Below, piece after piece: positions 55,412 through 64,000 of a DNA stretch of 64,000 nt. The position numbers and the translations under genes were made by a program. Each line of letters begins with the position of its first letter. Position 1 is the first letter of the stretch. The DNA is from the human T2T-CHM13v2.0 reference genome, Homo sapiens: NCBI RefSeq assembly GCF_009914755.1, contig NC_060926.1, one strand, 5' to 3'. The notes under the pieces were generated by a model that did no database searches, had not been told where the DNA came from, and was given only the letters and a program-made list of their open reading frames with translations.

Positions 55412-55895
55412 TGATGAGGTTTCTCTTCAAATAATCTGATCAATCTTTTATTCTTTAATTCATAGTACCCCTCCCCCAACCTTTTTTCCTTTTTGCCTTT
55501 GTTAGATGCCCAGGCACGCCACAGTACCAGGCGTTATCAGTACCAGCTCACATTCCTTTCCTTATTTGGAAAGAGGACTAACTTTCTAGTTCATTACAGA
55601 CACCCCTTCCCCTTCCTCTCCACTTTCTTTTATGTGCCCATCTTATCTAAAAAAAATTCAAATGTTTAGCCAACTGGGATTAGTTTAGATTGTATGACCG
55701 GACCCTGGCCAGTGGGGAAAGGGTACAGGGGCAGGACTTGCATCAGGAATAAAGGCTCTCGTGCCCTTTGTTCAGGTGTGCTGCCATGGCAACTGGCCAA
55801 GGAGGCACCCCTCTGCACGGAGGTAAAATTGCTTTGCTAAGAATCCTTTGTTCGAGTGTTCAATTTCTTTAGGATTTTGAGCGTTATTCCTAACA
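55412..55895 (+). mobile_element. ERV1 LTR (LTR10/HERV-I-like)
   Basis: TG...TAACA termini, AATAAA near 55748; family and left boundary tentative. Confidence 0.55.
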
Positions 55896-56074
55896 ATAGG
55901 GTGTGAACCATGTACTCAGGAGAGCAAAAAAATCTGACATATTTTGCTTTATGAAATCACTCTAATTTTGCCATTCAACTCCATCCTGCTGCACTGGTTT
56001 TAAAAAAAAAAAAAAAAAAAAAACCTAACCTCAGACATTTGTGTGTTTCAAGTCATTTTTATGGCCAAGTCCCC

Positions 56075-57497
56075 ATAGTTGGATCAACCTAAAAGGCAAA
56101 ACACACATAAGAAGACCGTTTATTTGGGCCAAGCTTGAGGACTGCTATACTGGAGTATAGATTCAAGTTGCCCCGAATATGCATTTCAATGAGCAGCAGT
56201 TACTAGTGGGTTTTTAAAGGAAAAAAGAGGGACAGGAAGTGGCTGATAAAAGCTGTTTGTTAGGAATTCTCACTGGATTATAGAAATAACACGGATTAGT
56301 GATTTGCTATATATTGTGAAGCTATAGCACGTGGTTGCAGTGTCTGGCATGGTATTATTAGGCTAATTTACAACTACTCGTGGTGTGGGGAAAAAGAAAG
56401 AGAGATCAGACTGTTACTGTGTCTGTGTAGAAAGAAGTAGACATAAGAGACTCCATTTCGTTCTGTACTAAGAAAAATTCTTCTGCCTTGAGATGCTGTT
56501 AATCTGTAACCCTAGCGCCAACCCTGTGCTCGCAGAGGCATGTGCTGTGTTGACTCAAGGTTTAATGGATTTAGGGCTATGCAGGATGTGCTTTGTTAAA
56601 CAAGTGCTTGAAGGCAGTATGCTTGTTAAAAGTCATCACCACTCACTAATCTCAAGTACCCAGGGACACAGTACACTGAGGAAGGCCGCAGGGACCTCTG
56701 CCTAGGAAAGCCAGGTATTGTCCAAGGTTTCTCCCCATGTGATAGCCTGAGATATGGCCTCGTGGGAAGGGAAAGACCTGACCGTCCCCCAGCCCGACAC
56801 CCGTAAAGGGTCTGTGCTGAGGAGGATTAGTAAAAGAGGAAGGCCTCTTTGCAGTTGAGATAAGAGGAAGGCATCTGTCTCCTGCTCGTCCCTGGGCAAT
56901 GGAATGTCTCAGTGTAAAACCCGATTGTAAGTTCCATTTACTGAGATAGGAGAAAACCACCTTACGGCTGGAGGTGAGACATGCTGGTGGCAATACTGCT
57001 CTTTAATGCACCGAGATGTTTATGTATGTGCACATCAAGGCACAGCACCTTTCTTAACCTTGTTTCTGACACAGAGACCTTTGTTCACATGTTTTCCTGC
57101 TGACCGTCTCCCCACTATTACCCTATTGTCCTGCCGCATCCCCCTCTCCAAGATGGTAGAGATAATGATCAATAAATACTGAGGGAACTCAGAGACCAGT
57201 GCTGGTGCGGGTCCTCCGTATGCTGTGCGCCGGTCCCCTGGGCCCGCTTTTCTTTCTCTATACTTTGTCTCTGTCTCTTATTTCTTTTCTCAGTCTCTTG
57301 TTCCACCTGATGAGAAACACCCACAGGTCCACGTGGAGGAGCTGGTCCCCTTTATCGTGGCAACAGCAAGAAGTTTCAAGGGGTGAACACGTAGCTCAAG
57401 GGGAACGCCAGAGGTGATTGCTCTCTCATTTTAATGTCCCTTTTGGCCTGATAATTTTAAAAAACTCACATTCTTCAGATAAAAGTTCTTCTCTCAG
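56075..57497 (-). mobile_element. Older ERV LTR split by the LTR5 insertion
   Basis: LTR-like sequence on both sides of LTR5, ending TTCTCTCA on the + strand. Confidence 0.5.
56384..57354 (+). mobile_element. HERV-K(HML-2) solo LTR5 (LTR5A/B-like)
   Basis: Starts TGTGGGGAAAAGAAAGAGAGATCAGA; 971 nt; exact 6-nt TSD TCGTGG at 56378-56383 and 57355-57360. Confidence 0.95.
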
Positions 57498-57646
57498 TTC
57501 TTTTGTTGCACCAAAGCCCCGGGGAGGCCCTTCTTCTCTCTGCAGATACATCAGCCATCTTAAGCACGTGGCCTCTTCTGGTCTGGAGGCTCTAAGGGTG
57601 GGTGTCCAGTCTGGACCTGGGATCTTTGTCAGGCTGGGAATGCTGG

Positions 57647-58515
57647 TGTTACAGGCTGGTCTTTGATTTTAGAGCTCCCAAGATGGCGGCAGGCCGCTCC
57701 CAAGATGGCGGCAAGCCTTTTGTTCTCTGACCTGGGGTTCTTGGCCTCACGGATTCCAAGGAATGGAACCTTGGGCCATGCGGTGAGTGTTATAGCTCTA
57801 TTAGAAGCCATGGGTCAGGGCAGAGAACCATGGAACCCAGCGAGTAGTATTCAGCTTGATTAGAACGAATCCGGGCACTTAGCTGTGCAGGAACAACAGT
57901 GAGCCTCTAGCCCAATCGGGAGCAGCAGTGGGCGCCTCACTGGATCAGAAGCGCAGCAAACACCCTGCCAGATCGACAGGGGTGGAAGTCAACAGTGGGT
58001 CTGCAATGGCGACGATCAGCATCGGGAGCGGCAGTGGGCGCCTCACTGGACCAGAAGCGCAGCGAACACCCTGCCAGATCGACAGGGGTGGAAGTCAATG
58101 GTGGGTCTGCAATGGGGACGATCCGCAGTGGCCGACGGTGAGCGAAAGCTCAGCTCAAGCAGGAACAAACACAGACCAGAAGAGTGTGCAGTTGCAAGAT
58201 TTAATAGAGTGAAGACAGAGCTCCCATAGAAGGGGAGAGGACCCAAAGGGGGTTGCCGCCACCGGCCTGAATGCCTGGGTTTATATCCTGATCATTGTCC
58301 CTCCCGCTGTGCTCTCAGGCAATAAATGATTTGATTATTTCTTTACCTCCTGCTTTTAGCCTAAGTGGTATTTTAGTGAGCTCTCTTTACTACCTGATTG
58401 GTTGGGTGTGAACTGAGTTACAAGCCCCATGTTTAAAGGTGGGTGTAGTCACCTTCCCCAGCTAGGCTTAGGAATTCTTAGTTGGCCTAGGAAATCCAGC
58501 TAGTCCTGTCTCTCA
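57647..58515 (-). mobile_element. HERV-W solo LTR17
   Basis: Reverse complement starts TGAGAGACAGGACTAGCTGGATTTCCTAGGCC and ends GTAACA; 4-nt TSD CTGG on both sides. Confidence 0.92.
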
Positions 58516-59539
58516 CTGGTGCTGAGGGGTTGGGCTTCTTTTCAACCCCTGGGGCACACCCAGAAAGACTGGAGGGAGCCATCATGACCACAGTGCTCCT
58601 TGCCTCTCTCCCTAGCCTCAGTCCTGGGGCATTTCCCCCTTCTCTCTTGCTCTCTCAAATCTCTGGCTCTCCCTATCCCTCCTGGACATCTGTATTTCTG
58701 TGATAGGCCTGAGCTTCCACAATGGGCAGAAATTGCCTCTGGCTTTCTCTTTGCCTTACATTTAGAGGGGGACAATTAGCATGGACATACATGCATCAGG
58801 GATATTGTGACTCCCGTTGATATTATCTCAAATCCTTAAAGCCAATTTGGTAAAGCAGCTAGGCAAATTTTAGGGGTAGCTAGCTGTTGCTAGCACTGAA
58901 TTCCTAATTCTGCTGCTATTGCCAAACCACTGTATGCTTTCTCCCCACATGCCAGTCAAGAGCCCATCCTCTGGTCCTTAGAGGCATTAACTTCCTTTGA
59001 AGCCTTGAAGTTAGCATTGTCTACACCCCTGCCCGCCCCACCCCAGGCTTACCTAATTTTGATAAACCTTTTCACCTATATTGTCATGAAGATAATGGGA
59101 TTACTGCAAGTTTTCTAGGCCAGCCTTTTGCCTCTCAGATATGCCCTGTAGCATATTTCTCATGCCAAGTGGATCCTGTGGCAGCAGCCATGCTCCCATG
59201 CCCACGTGCAGTGTCAGCAGCTGCCCCCTAATTGCTAAAGCCACCACGTTTACATTAGGCTCCCCCATTTGCCTCTGTGTTCCCCACACTCTCTCTGCTC
59301 TTACAAGTTCCTAAGGCACAGCACCTCTCTACACGAAGACACACTACATATGAATAGTCCTATTAATCAATCCCTCTATTATCTTACATCTTCGTAGCAC
59401 CTTAAATCCCTTAAATCCTGCTATGCTCCTACCCTCCCTGATGACGGACATCTTCATCCCATTCCACAGGATTGCCTAGCAGCTATAGAAATGGCTTCAA
59501 AGCCACAAGAGGGTCTCTCAGACACTCCTTTAGACAACA

Positions 59540-60232
59540 TGTTAGCAGTGGCAGAGATCCGAGTTATCCCGAGTTAGCCGTGGCATATCTGTATGGGTCC
59601 ATAGCAACTTCAGTCCTTGCCTCCTCAGAAGAAAGAATTTGACTGAGGGGCATAAAGCAGAAAAAGAGACCAAGGCAAGTTTCACAGCAGGAATGGAAGT
59701 TTACTAAACAGGCTTTAGAACAGGAAAGAAAGGAAAGAACCCTTGGAAGAGATCCTAGTGGGCGCCTGAAAGTCAAAGAGAGAAAAGGAGAGCAAAAAAT
59801 GCATTTAACATTGATCTTTGGACTCTATAGGCTTGTGTCTCTCCCATGATTCTTCCCGTAGGGCGAGTTTCCTGCATGCTCAGTGCTCTCTGTACCCTTT
59901 GGAATTGAACAGCTCGTTGTGTTTAGGAGGTTATACACATGCCCATCTGAGGCTTTCTTCCTTTTCTCGTGGAGTGTACCCAGAAGATACTTTGCCATTT
60001 TTGTCTCTTAATGTGCATGCCCAGGAAGTTTCTTCTCACTGGGGCCTACACTCAATTAATATTTTGATTTCAGCAGGTGTAGACTATGAAGAAATGGCCT
60101 CTCCCTGGCTGCCAAATTATCACTGTTAGAGAGGAAGTGTGATAATCATTGAACAATCACCTGACATTTCTAGTGGGTGGGGGGAGAGCCCTCTCCTGCC
60201 CCACTCGTTGCCTTATCTAACTACCTGTAACA
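59540..60232 (-). mobile_element. Solo ERV1 LTR (MER66-like) inserted in pol
   Basis: TGTTA...TAACA termini; flanks AACA / AACC; the host pol sequence (DTPLDN|PD...YDGS) resumes after it. Confidence 0.75.
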
Positions 60233-60978
60233 AACCCAGATTTCTATTTTATGATGGCTCTCATAAATGAAATTTTAAGGGGAACAGCATAAATGGCTAT
60301 GCCATAGTTTCCCTGCATGCAGCCCTAGAGACATACCCTTTGCCTTGAATCTGGCCAATCTGCTGAATTTAAAGCTTTTACTAGAGCTTGCACACTGACA
60401 AAAAATAAAAACTGCCATTATTTATACTGACTCCAGATACACTTTCAGAGTCTGTCATGCTGCCAGCAAAATCTAGGAAGCCTGTAGATTCTTAACCTCC
60501 ACTGGCACTCCTATTGCCAATGAATGTGTAATTGCTGCCTGTAATAAACATGCTATTCATCTTCCTATTAAATTGCTATTGCTCATTTTCTGGCCCACAC
60601 TAAGGAGACTAATACTATATCTTTAGGGAATGATAGGGAACACAAGGCTGCCAAGTACACAGCACAAAATGAACCCCTGTATTCATTTTCCACACAATTT
60701 ATTAAGTTGCCTTTATCCCTGACTAATATTATTAATAAGCATATGCTCCAAAGATAGACCTTCCATGGCCCATTTCTTTTAACCTGTTGGTTTGCAGAGG
60801 GGCGTCAGTTAAGGAACTAAACAATAATTGTTTTTTCTCTAAGATTTACAAAATTTCTGACCAAATTATTTCCCAATGCATTACTTGCAAATCTCACCAA
60901 AGCTCTGGAGGAAAGCACCCTTCTTCAGGAAGGCCCACACTTTCCCTTGCAGCAGTCCAAGTGGATTCCATAGGTTGA

Positions 60979-61467
<489 letters not shown>

Positions 61468-63257
61468 TAAACGACTTGCCTGCAACCACTCTAGGGTACT
61501 CCAAATTTCATAACCCATACCATTCCCGATCCCCAGGGCAAGTGGAGCATAAAAATTTAAACATTAAATGGAATTTGAGAAAAGTCTGTCTAGACACCAG
61601 AATTAAAGGGCCAGAAGCATTACCTCTGGCCCTTATAGAAATTTAGAATACTCGGAATAAAAGACATGGATTACCCCTTTTGAAATAGTGTTTGGGTGGC
61701 ATCTCTAAATCTTCCATTCCTGGGTTGAATGAGCACTATGGGGACCTGTGAACAATTTGATGCTATGACTAGCTATATACGGGCACTAATATATTTGGAG
61801 CTTATCATCAACAGATAAAAAGGGTGTGATCTCCACCAACTGACAAGACTTGCCATGCTTTTTGACCAGGAGATGATGTGTACACAAAGGTTTTTAAAAG
61901 AAGGCAAGCACTGTCACCTCACTGGAAGGTCCATGTGAAGTACTGCTGACTACTTACACTACCATCAAAGTAAAATAAAACAACTCCTCGTTCATGCAAG
62001 TCACACCAAGCCAGATCCTGCTAAGCACTCTCAAGAGAATTGGAAAATCACCCCTACAGGTGACCTTTAGATGGTATTTCTTCAAAGTAGACACTTTTCC
62101 CAAGATCACAGATCAAGAAAGTTTACTTCCACCTATGTTGTCCCTGTTTTAGGACTCTGTATTACTCTACCTTTAAAAACTTTTTTTTTTTTTTCTTAAA
62201 AAACCTCTTCTTTTTTTGGTTGACAATTTTTTTTCCTGTCTGTTGATGGCCTGTTAAAAAGCTGACTAGGGACTTTCTCAGTCTATTCTATTCTCTCTCT
62301 AACCCTCCACTATAAATGCTTTTTTTCAAATTGTATCTTGCTCTAATTAACACTTACCAACAGGTTGGACACAGACCTGGCACCGTTTTACATTAGCCTT
62401 TCAAACCCTCACTATGATAATTAATCAATCTGATCACTGGTTAAGCAACATCTAGGTTATTCAAAAGAACGTGAACGTGTTTCTGCCATTATAATTGTCT
62501 GGTAGATAAAGTCCAGAAAATAGACGTATGACAAGAGAAAACAGTGTCATGCTATTGTCCTTTAGGTAAATCAATTAGACACAGAGAAATCTTTATGAGA
62601 GCTCCAGGACTGTCTCTGCTCTGATAAAGTCATTAAAATATTTTTTCCTTCTACATTAAAGCAGAAATTATGCTGGACTTTTTCTTAGGTAACACACCAA
62701 TGAGGTATTGCAATCAAACCCTGTGCTTTGATTCCATCATTGACATTCACAAATGTCACAAATCTCACAAAGGTCAAAAACAGTCCTGATCTGACTCTCA
62801 TGATATAAACATTTGCCAAATCACCAGATCTTACAAAGGGCTCCCAAGTCAGAAGAAGCTTCCTTCCTTCCTTTATGAGGCCAGCAGATGCCAAAGATCA
62901 CATGTGGATAGATTAGAATTCTGGACTAACTTGGCCAGGTTACAAAATTAAGTCCTATAACTGCCAAAACAAAACTAAAGGCCTTCTCTATCAGATTTAG
63001 CAACCCGTTCTGTTCCTATGGACTGAGAGAGACGCGTGGAGGATAAAGATGCACAGATGCCGCTATGACGGAAGACAAGGCACAGCAACAAACCCCAACT
63101 TGGGAATCACAAGTTCCACTCTGACCTTGTTTATAAACAATTCTGGTCCTTTTATCTTTGGTGATAAGGTGTATAAAAGAGCCCCACCTAGATGACTGGA
63201 GCAATGTGGATGCAGATACCTAACACCTCTGTCATCTGGTACTCTAAATGCTAGAGC

Positions 63258-63320
63258 AGTCACTGCACTCCAGCCTGGGCAACACAGTGAGATCCCCATT
63301 TCTTTAAAAAAAAAAAAAGG
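63258..63320 (+). mobile_element. Alu 3' fragment
   Basis: CACTGCACTCCAGCCTGGGCAACACAGTGAGA followed by an A-tail. Confidence 0.85.
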
Positions 63321-63518
63321 TAAGAAAAAGAAAAGATGTAGAACATCTCCTTCCCCACAGGGATCCCTCACACTGCCCTTTTTGGCCAAACCCACTTCTC
63401 TCCTGTTCCTCCTCTCCTTAACCCGTGGCCCACTAATCTGTTTTTTATTTCTAAAATTTTGTCACTTCAAGAGTACTATTTAAATTGAATCACACCATAT
63501 ATAACATTTTAGGACTAG

Positions 63519-64000
<482 letters not shown>

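Overview
Hominoid-type (human or ape) genomic DNA: it carries Alu, L1PA, HERV-K LTR5, HERV-W LTR17 and an SVA. No intact protein-coding gene is present. There are three zones. (1) 1-~21 kb is AT-rich and almost all transposable elements, with a 5'-truncated processed ZNF532 pseudogene at ~8010-12622 (+). (2) ~21.5-52.9 kb is GC-rich and holds a decayed multi-exon gene on the minus strand. About 20 exons (~3.4-3.5 kb, ~1150 codons) can be delimited by splice sites, with intron phases that mostly chain. They encode a long array of CPxGxYCPxG cysteine repeats of the GCC2_GCC3/Ephrin_rec_like type and are disabled by several stops and frameshifts. (3) ~53-64 kb is a stack of nested ERV LTRs and an ERV1 gag/pol/env remnant, ending in an SVA inserted into an Alu. 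All repeat-family names come from recalled consensus sequences, not from a search.
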